Source: Nostoc sp. DedSLP01
GTDB lineage: Bacteria; Cyanobacteriota; Cyanobacteriia; Cyanobacteriales; Nostocaceae
Direction of reading: 5' to 3'
DNA: 53,537 nucleotides
NCBI GenBank assembly: GCA_034530875.2
Contig: JAVRCJ020000046.1
Span: forward strand, 1 to 53,537
The number at the start of each line of letters is the position of its first letter. The stretch's first letter is position 1. Below are positions 1 through 8,632 of this stretch, piece by piece. The notes under the pieces were generated by a model that made no database searches, was not told the origin of the DNA, and saw only the letters and a program-made list of their open reading frames with translations. Made by a program: the position numbers and the translations under genes.

Positions 1-19
1 TCCTGCTATCAATGGCTAA
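1..19 (+). CDS. psbA: 3' fragment of photosystem II D1 gene (…P-A-I-N-G-stop)
   Basis: Bases 2-19 read CCT GCT ATC AAT GGC TAA (PAING*), the typical Nostocales D1 C-terminus. A terminator follows, and the sequence is duplicated at the other end, as expected for a multicopy gene. Only 5 codons are visible. Confidence 0.75.
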
Positions 20-43
20 TCGTTAGATTAGGTCAAGTAAAAT

Positions 44-75
44 AAAAAGCGCTCTCCGCAAGGGGGGCGCTTTTT
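44..75. terminator. Bidirectional intrinsic terminator
   Basis: AAAAA-GCGCTCTCC-GCAA-GGGGGGCGC-TTTTT, between the psbA fragment and the convergent kinase gene. Confidence 0.85.
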
Positions 76-170
76 AGCGTATTTAGAGGGTTTTGGTATT
101 CCTAGCTAATACTAGGCGATCGCAAATTTAAAATCCAAAATAATTACAAGTCATCCTTGTGAATTCTGCT

Positions 171-2351
171 TCAAAAGCTTTCGAGAATTTTTAGCACTTC
201 TGCTGCTGACTGATATCGTCGATTAAAGTCGAAATGTACCATTTTATTTAGGATAATAACTAACTCGTTTGTAACATCAGCGAATTTGTCCCAACTGTGC
301 CAAACCTCAGTATTACCATCAGGTTCGGTTTGGATAATTACTTCACCAGTATTTGTATCTCTGCCAAATTCTCTTGGGTCTACTCCAGTTAAAGCTTGTA
401 TACCCATAATTCCCAAAGAATAAATATCGCTGTTTAGCTTTGGCAAGCCACTCATTTGCTCAGAAGGAGCATAACTAGGAGTACCAATCGAAATAGTTCG
501 ATCTTCTTGTTGTTGGGAGTGAATTTGTTTAACAGCACCAAAGTCAATTAAAACAATGTGTCTATCTGATTTTCGCCTAATTAAGTTACTAGGTTTGATA
601 TCTCGATGGATTACACCATAGCTATGAACAAAAACAAGCACGTTTAAAACTTCTTTTAGTATCTCCACAACTTCAGTTTGTTTGAGTCTTATACCAGAGG
701 TTAGTTCTTTATCCATAGCGTGCCCTTGGATAAATTCTTGTACTAAAGAAAATTGTTGATTTTCTTCAAAAAAAGCTAACAATTGGGGAATTTGTGGATG
801 TTTACCCAAAGTTTCTAAAATTTCTGCTTCAGCATCAAATAATCGTCTGACAATATTTAAATATTCTGTATCTTGCCGAGGAGGGCGCAATTGTTTAACT
901 ACACACTGGGGATTACCAGGACGTTTGATATCTTCAGCTAAATAAGTATTACTAAAGCCTCCAGAACCCAAGTGTTCGGTAATTCTGTAGCGGCCATTTA
1001 GTAACATCCCTGGTAGAATTTCTTGCCCGATAGAATCAGCAATTACTGTTGGCGCTTCGTTATAAGCATCACCGCGTTGCTGTAAAAGAGCTTGCAATTC
1101 GATAATTAATTGTTGGTGTTCTTGAACTCGTTGGGCAATTTCTTGTTGCTCTTGCTTGGTTTGATAAGCACTATAGGCAAGGACACTGCCGCTAGTAAAT
1201 ACTAACCCTAACATTGGAGATATTACTGGCAACCATCCAGCTTGAGTAAAAATGAGAAAATTACCTCCAAATAGCACCACTAGAGCTGTTGTTCCAGCCA
1301 ATCCTAAAGCTAGGGGATGCTGAATTCGCCATGCCAGTAAACCACCAACTACAGTCCATCCCCACAACCACAAAACTTTACCCCACTCAGGGATAAACCA
1401 AAACAAAGGCTGTTGGTTAAGAACAACACTGAGAATTTGACTAACACTATGGGCATGAATTTCAATTCCTGCCATCTTGCCAGAATTATCTGATTTACCA
1501 CTAGTAAATGGCGTATTAAAAATATCATTTAAACTATTTGCTGTTGAACCAATTAAAACGATACGGTCTTTAACTAAATCTCGTTTAATTTGACCTGCAA
1601 GCACTTCTGTAATTGTTACCTGCTGGGCAATTTGATTGCCAGAACGATAGTTAAGCAGTATTTGGTAACCGCTGGTATCAGCTTTTTCATATCCGCCAGC
1701 ATTACTTTGCAGGGGTTTAAATACAATATTTCGTAATTTTAATTCTTTATTTGGAGTAAATTCTGGTTGAATACCACCAACTTCTAAATATTTAAGCGCT
1801 AGCTGTAAACTAAAGGAATAAGTACTTTGACAACGGTCAGATTCCTTTGAACTTGCTAATAATAAATTGCGACGAATTGTAGAATCAGTATCTTCTACAA
1901 CATCACTAAATCCCACTCGTTCTGGTTCAACCCCTTGAGGGGGAGCAGTTCCCGGATTTTTAAAACCAGCATGTTTGCAGATGGGAATGATGATATCGCT
2001 TTGTTGGAGGCGTTCTAGTAGTTTTTCGTGACCGGGTTGTACTGGTAAATCGCGAAATATATCTAGACCAATAGCTCGCGGTTCGTATTCTTCAAGTTTA
2101 CCCAACACTCGATCTAGAACTTCACCAGACAGCGGCCAAGGCCATTTTTGGAGATCGTTTTCAGTTAAAGCAACAATCAACAGACGAGAGTCTGGGCCTG
2201 GGTCAGCGCGTAATTGCATCATCTGGTCGTAGACTCTCATTTCCAGAGGTTCAAAAACGCCAAGTTTTTGAATGCCTACTAGTAAAATTGTGGCGATCGC
2301 ACTTGAAAAAATAACTGGCTGTCTTAATAAACTTTTGAAGTTGGCAAACAT
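171..2351 (-). CDS. CHASE2-domain membrane Ser/Thr protein kinase
   Basis: N-terminal CHASE2 motifs (AIGLDIFRD, VGFSD, IVLIG, GIEIHA), three TM helices, and an intact kinase domain (GSGGFS, VVKQL, HRDIKPSN, DFG). Confidence 0.92.
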   Translation of the reverse strand: MFANFKSLLRQPVIFSSAIATILLVGIQKLGVFEPLEMRVYDQMMQLRADPGPDSRLLIVALTENDLQKWPWPLSGEVLDRVLGKLEEYEPRAIGLDIFRDLPVQPGHEKLLERLQQSDIIIPICKHAGFKNPGTAPPQGVEPERVGFSDVVEDTDSTIRRNLLLASSKESDRCQSTYSFSLQLALKYLEVGGIQPEFTPNKELKLRNIVFKPLQSNAGGYEKADTSGYQILLNYRSGNQIAQQVTITEVLAGQIKRDLVKDRIVLIGSTANSLNDIFNTPFTSGKSDNSGKMAGIEIHAHSVSQILSVVLNQQPLFWFIPEWGKVLWLWGWTVVGGLLAWRIQHPLALGLAGTTALVVLFGGNFLIFTQAGWLPVISPMLGLVFTSGSVLAYSAYQTKQEQQEIAQRVQEHQQLIIELQALLQQRGDAYNEAPTVIADSIGQEILPGMLLNGRYRITEHLGSGGFSNTYLAEDIKRPGNPQCVVKQLRPPRQDTEYLNIVRRLFDAEAEILETLGKHPQIPQLLAFFEENQQFSLVQEFIQGHAMDKELTSGIRLKQTEVVEILKEVLNVLVFVHSYGVIHRDIKPSNLIRRKSDRHIVLIDFGAVKQIHSQQQEDRTISIGTPSYAPSEQMSGLPKLNSDIYSLGIMGIQALTGVDPREFGRDTNTGEVIIQTEPDGNTEVWHSWDKFADVTNELVIILNKMVHFDFNRRYQSAAEVLKILESF

Positions 2352-2362
2352 TTTTTTACATT

Positions 2363-2527
2363 AGAGCATTGGGTATGGGGCATTGGGCATTAGGGAAGCA
2401 GGAGGTGTGGGAGGAGAGAGAGGATGGGGAAGAAATCTTTCCCCCCTCTCTCCCCTGCTTCCTCTGCTCCCTCTGCCTCCTCTGCTCCCTATCTCCCCAT
2501 CTCTCCACTCCCTACTCCCCCCTACCG
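2363..2527. repeat. Short tandem/purine-pyrimidine intergenic repeats (STRR-like)
   Basis: GGGCATT repeats, then a GA-rich tract and a CT-rich tract (CCTCTGCT, CCCTACT units). Confidence 0.7.
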
Positions 2528-4504
2528 CTAATCTACTACCTGTTTCAAATAATGCACGATCGCCTCTGCGGTTGGTACATTAGTTGCCAGTAAAACTTGA
2601 TTGATAGTACATAATCTTAACAGTGCATCTTCATTTGCTTGACCGGGCTGGGGTTGCAGCAAATCTCTCAGGAAAATAACTGCTATAATTTCTCCCGAGC
2701 CAACCAATGAAGCAATTGTTTGATATCCTCCAGAAGTTGGCGCGGGGGTTTGCTGACTAATAGTTATACCCGCTTGTTGATGCAAAACTTCGCCAACAGA
2801 TGGCCAGGTAATTGTAAAGCTGCTCGAGAAAAATTCCTGATGGTGAGCAACAAATTCTGCAAGTTCTGATTTCTTGCTTTCGTGAGCAATCAGTACTATG
2901 TTTTTTTCAACAAGCGCTTGTGGAGGCTCGCTGACATTTACTGCTTCTGAAATTTCATCAGATTCAGATGCTTCTAGTTCAGAAACTTCTTCAATTGGAC
3001 TAATGATTTCAGGAGCTTCACTTTCTAGTGGCTGCAAAGATTGAATATCAGCAGAATCAGAAACTTGACTTACATTTAATTCTTCCGTACTTGTGTTACT
3101 CAAATCAATGTATTGGTCGCTGAAAACTGGAACGTTCTCATCAGAAACAGCCAAAGCTTCAGGAACTTCCTCGGTCGTTTCATCAGCTTCTACTTCACTA
3201 ACATCTGCGGTGTCTTCTGTTGAAATTGGCGTATCTAAATTTACTAATTCTTCGCTAGTTTCTTCTAGAACTTGGTTCGATGTGTCCTGAGGTTGAATAT
3301 CTACCTGTTCGTAAAGTTCGGTAGTTTCTGGTGTCACATCGCTTACAACTTGGTCAACATCTTCAGTGCTTGTTTCGGCGATTACTGTATCTAAACTTTC
3401 TTCTTGGGAAATATTTTCCTGAATATTATTCTGTTGAGATACCTGGCTGAATATGTCGCGTGGCTGTACGAAGGTGACTTCCGCCTCTAGTGCTGCTTGG
3501 AAGTCTGCATCGCGAGCGTCAGTAGTTTGAGGAACAAAATCTTCAGTAATATCCCGCGGCTGTACGAAGGTCACTTCAGCATCTAGTGCTGCTTGTAAGT
3601 CCTCATCATATTCATCAATAGCTTGGGGAATAGCACTTGTATCGCGCCGTTGGACAAAGGTAGATTCTGCTGCTAGTGCTGCTTCAAAATCTGTAACGTC
3701 ATCGTGGGTAGCTTCTGGAGGCGTAATTTGTTCCTCAGGAATCTCGATGAGATTTTCGGGTGTAGCTATTGCTTCATCGGGTTCGGCTTCGCTGGTTGGT
3801 GGAACTTCTACTTCCGCAACATCTGGGGTAAATTCTTCTTCAACAACTAATTGACGCAAATCTACAATATCATTACGGACATCGTGTGGAACTTCGCTGA
3901 CAGCTTCTAGTGGCTGAACTATGTTTTCAGGGCTGGCTACTTCAACAACTGGAATCTCAGGTTCGACTTGAGAAGCAGCAACTTCTGAAATTTCGCTGAC
4001 TTCTGGGGAAACAGCATGAATTTCTGGTGTTGCAACTTCGTTACTAATTGGCGTTATAACTTCGTTAACTACCTGTGGTGCTGGATTAACAACATTGGGA
4101 GTGCTGACATTTTCAGGCGATCGCCCTCGAGAAAACAAAGAAGGATCGATAATTCTAAAAACGGTTTCTGGTAATTGTTCAGCCACAGGAGCGATCGCTT
4201 CCATAATTAAAACGTAATCTGCAATTCTGATTACGTCTCCATCATTCAAAATATATGGTCGATCCTTTTCAGCTTGTTTGCCGTTAAATATTGAGCCATT
4301 TCTACTGCCAAGGTCACTGAAATAATAAGTTCCACCTTTAGTAAAGAACTTAGCATGTAAGCGACTAACATCAGGGCTGTCTAAAACTAAATCAGAATCA
4401 GGAGAGCGACCTACTATCCATTCTCCTCTCGTGGTAGAGTCTATAGTCAGGTCAACTTCATTGATTTCACTTACAGTTGGTGAATAGCTAACTTTTACTT
4501 TCAT
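2528..4504 (-). CDS. FHA domain + long acidic repeat region + degenerate methylglyoxal-synthase-like C-terminal domain
   Basis: FHA motifs (VGRS, VSRLHA, DLGSRNG); about 400 aa of E/D/V/P-rich linker with three AAL.AE.TFVQ.RD repeats; C-terminus IVLIAHESKK…IFLRD…LATN resembles MgsA. Start codon overlaps the upstream stop (ATGA at 4501-4504). Confidence 0.85.
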   Translation of the reverse strand: MKVKVSYSPTVSEINEVDLTIDSTTRGEWIVGRSPDSDLVLDSPDVSRLHAKFFTKGGTYYFSDLGSRNGSIFNGKQAEKDRPYILNDGDVIRIADYVLIMEAIAPVAEQLPETVFRIIDPSLFSRGRSPENVSTPNVVNPAPQVVNEVITPISNEVATPEIHAVSPEVSEISEVAASQVEPEIPVVEVASPENIVQPLEAVSEVPHDVRNDIVDLRQLVVEEEFTPDVAEVEVPPTSEAEPDEAIATPENLIEIPEEQITPPEATHDDVTDFEAALAAESTFVQRRDTSAIPQAIDEYDEDLQAALDAEVTFVQPRDITEDFVPQTTDARDADFQAALEAEVTFVQPRDIFSQVSQQNNIQENISQEESLDTVIAETSTEDVDQVVSDVTPETTELYEQVDIQPQDTSNQVLEETSEELVNLDTPISTEDTADVSEVEADETTEEVPEALAVSDENVPVFSDQYIDLSNTSTEELNVSQVSDSADIQSLQPLESEAPEIISPIEEVSELEASESDEISEAVNVSEPPQALVEKNIVLIAHESKKSELAEFVAHHQEFFSSSFTITWPSVGEVLHQQAGITISQQTPAPTSGGYQTIASLVGSGEIIAVIFLRDLLQPQPGQANEDALLRLCTINQVLLATNVPTAEAIVHYLKQVVD

Positions 4505-4704
4505 ATTAATTTTTGGTTAATTTTATTGATTTCCGCTACCCAACGCTGCCGGGTAGTATGTTCTAAATTTAAAATATCATCTTGTGACCAGTGAAAATGA
4601 TAAGCAATAAAAGCTACCTCCTCATATAAAGTATCAGAGGGGTAGCTTATGACTCCCCCGCTAGTTCTAACTCCACTGAAAATTGAGTATTGCAGTGAGG
4701 ACAT
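4501..4704 (-). CDS. DUF6760-like eCIS small protein, probably expressed as the -1 frameshift extension of the upstream chaperone
   Basis: LYEEVAFIAYHFHWSQDDILNLEH…W motif. The only ATG lies inside the upstream gene, and the conserved-looking part begins just after the GGGGGAG run. Confidence 0.8.
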   Translation of the reverse strand: MSSLQYSIFSGVRTSGGVISYPSDTLYEEVAFIAYHFHWSQDDILNLEHTTRQRWVAEINKINQKLI

Positions 4705-5030
4705 TGTGTCGGAATATGTACGTTACCTTGCTGGTTTATTCGATTGTAAAATTCTCTGAGATAAGCAATATCATGTAACACAAGTCCTTCGAGTAATTCA
4801 GGGCTAACAGAGTTGAAACTACCCAAACGGGTGATAACACGCGCCAGCATTACCAAGACGCCATAAGCTGGATTTTCTTGAACTCTGCGTTCTTGTTGCA
4901 CCAAAATTTCATCTTTTGCAGTAGCTAAACGCATCAATCCTTGGCGATGTACTCGATTTTCACCATCACTCAATCCTCTAGGAAGAGTGAAAGCAAATTC
5001 AGTGCAAAGATTATCCTTTTTACGAGGCAT
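4647..5030 (-). CDS. Phage tail-assembly-chaperone-like eCIS protein with CxxC motif
   Basis: TEFAFTLPRG…G.MRLATAKDEI…YNRIN…CPHC; paralog of 5305-5652; lies downstream of the tube genes. Confidence 0.8.
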   Translation of the reverse strand: MPRKKDNLCTEFAFTLPRGLSDGENRVHRQGLMRLATAKDEILVQQERRVQENPAYGVLVMLARVITRLGSFNSVSPELLEGLVLHDIAYLREFYNRINQQGNVHIPTQCPHCNTQFSVELELAGES

Positions 5031-5304
5031 AGGGGTTGGGGACTAGGGATTAGGGGTTGGATATTATAGAATTCATAATTAATAATTCGTAATTCGTAAT
5101 TCGTAATTATTTGTAATTCATAATTTGTAATGAGCTACGCCCCGGTGGGCTAATGTAATTAATAAATTCAGATTGTATCTAAGTTTCAAGGTTTAAATCT
5201 GTTGCCTAATTTTAGAGAATTGGTATTGGATGTTGGATATTGGATATCGAAAAATAGTATTTTCAATTTTATTTCCCATTCCCCAATCACCAATCCCCAA
5301 TCCC

Positions 5305-5652
5305 TCAATTCTGAAGTATTGGCTCAGAAGAATTTACTGTATCTTCTGATGACGAAGTTTCGCCATCCAAGCCATTTATTCGACGATAAAAATCTTGGAG
5401 GTAATTTAAATCCTGGGCAAAAAAGTTTTCTACTATTGCAGGACTGACATCAGATAAAGCACCCAGGTGGGTAATGACGCGCGACAAGATAATAATCGTG
5501 GCATAAACTGGATTAGCTTTTACCCTTGGGTCGCGCAAAGGTGCAATCTCATCTATCGCCGTTGATAATCGCATTACACCCTTGCGGTGGAGGTTGCCTT
5601 CAGCGTCTAGATACCCTTTTGGTAGTGTAAATTCAAACTCTGTGGGAAACAT
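5305..5652 (-). CDS. Phage tail-assembly-chaperone-like eCIS protein
   Basis: TEFEFTLPKGY…GVMRL…DEIAP…DLNYLQDFYRRIN; directly after the tube genes. Confidence 0.8.
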   Translation of the reverse strand: MFPTEFEFTLPKGYLDAEGNLHRKGVMRLSTAIDEIAPLRDPRVKANPVYATIIILSRVITHLGALSDVSPAIVENFFAQDLNYLQDFYRRINGLDGETSSSEDTVNSSEPILQN

Positions 5653-5669
5653 ATTTCTCCTAAATTAAT

Positions 5670-5768
5670 TAGACTTCTTGCTTTGAAGGGGGGAAAGGGC
5701 AAGGGGTAAAGGGAAAAGTGAAGATTCTTCATTTTCCTTTTAACCTTTTCCCTTTAACCTTTTCCCTT
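5670..5768. repeat. Partial copy of the TAGACTTCTTGC-type MITE/heptamer repeat
   Basis: Begins TAGACTTCTTGC like the elements at 15158 and 18480, followed by AAAGGGG/CCCTTT heptamer arms. Confidence 0.55.
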
Positions 5769-5773
5769 GGAAT

Positions 5774-6247
5774 CTATTGCGTGCGTTCAAATTCCTCAAA
5801 AGCAATCTCCAATTCTTCAATTTCTATTTCATGACCGTTAGCATTGATATCAGCAATTTTATAGCTTGTAGGCCAAGCGCCAGTTAATTCAAATCTAGCT
5901 TCTTTATTAGATGCCTGATCGTAAATAGATAAAGAAATAAATTCCCGTTTTTGGGCCCATTTACCATCTTCAACATCTGCAAACCACTTCCATAAATCTT
6001 TCGATACGTTCAAACCTTTACGTAAATTAATATTGCCACTTTTACCATTGCCAGGAAGTTTTGTTCTTACTGCTTTACCTTTTGAAGCATTTCCCCATTT
6101 TTGAGAAGTGACTTCACAAATTTCAATTACTTCCTGAGTTCTTTTAAAGCCTTGGCATTCCAAAAAATAGCCATCGCTATCATTTTGACCTATGTCTAAT
6201 CTTAAAAAGAAACGATAATTTGTCAGAATTTCTGGTATAGGAGCCAT
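5774..6247 (-). CDS. Contractile tail tube protein (T4 gp19-like, Afp1/5 family)
   Basis: 157 aa; F.EC.G, KLPG…NINLRKG, W.W, AWPTSY, IEELEIAFE pattern. Confidence 0.88.
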   Translation of the reverse strand: MAPIPEILTNYRFFLRLDIGQNDSDGYFLECQGFKRTQEVIEICEVTSQKWGNASKGKAVRTKLPGNGKSGNINLRKGLNVSKDLWKWFADVEDGKWAQKREFISLSIYDQASNKEARFELTGAWPTSYKIADINANGHEIEIEELEIAFEEFERTQ

Positions 6248-6375
6248 TGTTTTACATTAGAAAGGATTAGGGATTGGGGACTAGGGACTAGTGACTGAGG
6301 ACTAGGGAATAAGAAGAAAAATAGGATTCCCCAAGAACCAATACCCAGTCCCCAATCCCCAGTCCCCAGTCACTT

Positions 6376-6852
6376 TTACGCTCTAACTTCTTTTTGTTGG
6401 GCAATTATTTCATAACCCTCAATAGAAACTTCAATTTTCTCTGTTGCTGGGTCATTTTTTGTCACATCAAATTCTGGTCCTGTATAAGATTCAGGAAAGC
6501 AAGCTTTGAGGTTATAACGGATAACTTCAGTTTTCTTATCTTGGGTATAACCAACAACTGAAATTGCTTTGCGATTTTCATCCCATTGACGAGGTTTTCC
6601 GTCTTCGCTACAGGCTAAAAACCATTTGTGCAGGCTCTCGTCACCATTGTAATTCATGGTGATTGTGACATTATTAAACTCTGCCTGTCCAGGAAGGTTT
6701 TGACGTAATGTCTTACCATTTTTACTAGAGCCTCTAACGCCTTTTGTGGCATTATTTTTTGCTCCCAATCCGGTGACTGATTGCACAAATTTTTCAGTAA
6801 TACCGTCTGCTTCAAAATAAAACACAGACGCAACTACATATTCCCCAGGCAT
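6376..6852 (-). CDS. Contractile tail tube protein (T4 gp19-like), divergent
   Basis: 158 aa; LPGQAEFNNVTI, KWF, CFPESYTGP, TEKIEV motifs; directly after the sheath gene. Confidence 0.82.
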   Translation of the reverse strand: MPGEYVVASVFYFEADGITEKFVQSVTGLGAKNNATKGVRGSSKNGKTLRQNLPGQAEFNNVTITMNYNGDESLHKWFLACSEDGKPRQWDENRKAISVVGYTQDKKTEVIRYNLKACFPESYTGPEFDVTKNDPATEKIEVSIEGYEIIAQQKEVRA

Positions 6853-6914
6853 ATTTCATCTCCTACAATAAGTGAATAATTTGGAAAAAATGGTTCTTTG
6901 TCATTTGTCTTTTG

Positions 6915-6943
6915 CTAATGACTAATGACTAATGACTAATGAT
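6915..6943. repeat. STRR-type heptamer tandem repeat (CTAATGA)n
   Basis: CTAATGA repeated four times between the sheath and tube genes. Confidence 0.8.
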
Positions 6944-8602
6944 TTATTGCTGTTCGTCAAGTGCGTTCCATTGACTGATGCGGAAGATGACAAACTCTGC
7001 CGGTCTCACGGGACAAACGCCTATTTCGACATACAAACGACCTAAAATTATGCTTTCGGGTGGATTAAGTTCGGAATCGCATTTCACATAAAATGCCTGT
7101 TCTGGTGAATCCCCAAATAAAGCACCTTCACGCCAAATTCGCTCTAAAAAGTTGCTGACGGTACGTCGGACACGCGCCCACAAATCTTGGTCGTTGGGTT
7201 CAAAAACTACCCATTGAGTGCCTAGTTCGATTGATTTTTCTAGATAACTAATCAACCGACGGACGCTGATATAACGCCACTCTGTTTTATCTGGTTCGAC
7301 TAAAGTACGGGCACCCCAGATGCGGATACCCCGATTTGGAAAGTTGCGAATGCAGTTGATACCAAGGGGGTTCAATAGTTCTTGTTCGCGGAAGTTGGTG
7401 TCGTAACCCAAACCAATTACGCCTCTGGGTACTTCGTTTGCAGGTGCTTTGTAAACTCCTCTGGTTTCATCGGTACGCGCCCAAACACCCATCATGTGAC
7501 CGCAAGGAGGTACTAAAATGGGATTGCCGCGATCGCGTGGATTCGGAACTTTGATCCAAGGATAATACAAGGCTGCAAACATCGAACGACGGTTAAATCT
7601 ATTCAACCAATCCACTGCTTGTTGCGGTTTAACAGCGTCCGGTGGTGTATCCAGTAAAACCATACGGTTGGGTGGGTTGGGAATATCCCCACTGGCAGAA
7701 CCTTCGCACATGCTAATCATCAGTTCCATGATGCCGTGGACTTGATCCAAATTCAGGATTTGCTCTTGATAAGCCCGCATCAAGTCAGGGCAAGCCAGCA
7801 TTGTAATTTCATCAATTTCAAAAATACCCCGTACACCGGTGCGATCGTCCCGTACCCCTTCTAAATCTCGTGAAAATCTGTCCGGCGGTGTAGCAACAAT
7901 TGGCGGTGCTAGTTCGTACTGACCGTTAACCGGACGGCGAGTTAAAGGCTGTCCGCTTTGAGTTAGGTCTTCTACGGTGACATACATAGAATTTCTCAAA
8001 GCCGCCAGTGCATAAGTCGCAACCTGACCGGGTTCGCGGTTCATGGTCAAGTTTTCGTATTGTTCTAAAACCTCATCTCCCCGACGAATTTGAACGGTAA
8101 AGTATTCGCCGGTATTTGGAGGCGCTTCTCCTTCAGTACCTTCAGGTAAAGCACGAGGAGAACCATCGCTAATGATGATGTTTACTAATCCTCCCGCTGC
8201 TTGTTCGGGGCGCAAAGTAAAGCGCAAGGCTGGACGATTTCCACGAGAATTAATTCGGAGATTAGCTGGTTCTGGAGTTGCGGGTTTGGGTGCGCCTGGT
8301 AGTTGAGTACCGATGCTTGTTACCCAGCAGCGACCGCCACCATTCATAAAGTAGCCATAGACTGCAAAGGGTAAGTAGGCGTTGAAGTCGGTGAAACCAT
8401 CAGAATTAGGACGAGCAAAATAGTTGAGATATTGCGTCCAATTGGTCACCAACATCGGCTTAAATAGCTCAGCATCATCTCGAACATCTTCTGTAAAACC
8501 TACAAATCCGGCAACTGCTGTGCTAACACCTTCAATCGGTCGGCTCCCTCGGTCAAATTCTTCGATATAAACACCAGGAGCAAAGTAATCAAGTCGAGCC
8601 AT
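6944..8602 (-). CDS. Contractile tail sheath protein (Afp2/3/4 family)
   Basis: APGVYIEE, AALYYPWI, GVYKAPAN, WGARTL, WRYISVRR, VFEPN, PAEFVIFRI motifs. Confidence 0.95.
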   Translation of the reverse strand: MARLDYFAPGVYIEEFDRGSRPIEGVSTAVAGFVGFTEDVRDDAELFKPMLVTNWTQYLNYFARPNSDGFTDFNAYLPFAVYGYFMNGGGRCWVTSIGTQLPGAPKPATPEPANLRINSRGNRPALRFTLRPEQAAGGLVNIIISDGSPRALPEGTEGEAPPNTGEYFTVQIRRGDEVLEQYENLTMNREPGQVATYALAALRNSMYVTVEDLTQSGQPLTRRPVNGQYELAPPIVATPPDRFSRDLEGVRDDRTGVRGIFEIDEITMLACPDLMRAYQEQILNLDQVHGIMELMISMCEGSASGDIPNPPNRMVLLDTPPDAVKPQQAVDWLNRFNRRSMFAALYYPWIKVPNPRDRGNPILVPPCGHMMGVWARTDETRGVYKAPANEVPRGVIGLGYDTNFREQELLNPLGINCIRNFPNRGIRIWGARTLVEPDKTEWRYISVRRLISYLEKSIELGTQWVVFEPNDQDLWARVRRTVSNFLERIWREGALFGDSPEQAFYVKCDSELNPPESIILGRLYVEIGVCPVRPAEFVIFRISQWNALDEQQ

Positions 8603-8632
8603 GAAAATGCCTCCAAGTCAGTAAAAGCTTAA

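Larger units (their letters stand above)
1..77. repeat. 77-bp perfect inverted repeat with 53461-53537
   Basis: Reverse complement of 53461-53537 is identical to 1-77; the copies diverge at position 78. Confidence 0.97.

Noticed and set aside
2369..2593. Short ORFs 2369-2593 and 2383-2583
   Set aside because: Translations of low-complexity STRR DNA.
5030..5300. CRISPR array suggested by repeated motifs (TAATTCG, GGGGACT)
   Set aside because: These are contiguous heptamer STRR repeats without unique spacers; no cas genes and no repeat-spacer array seen anywhere in the window.
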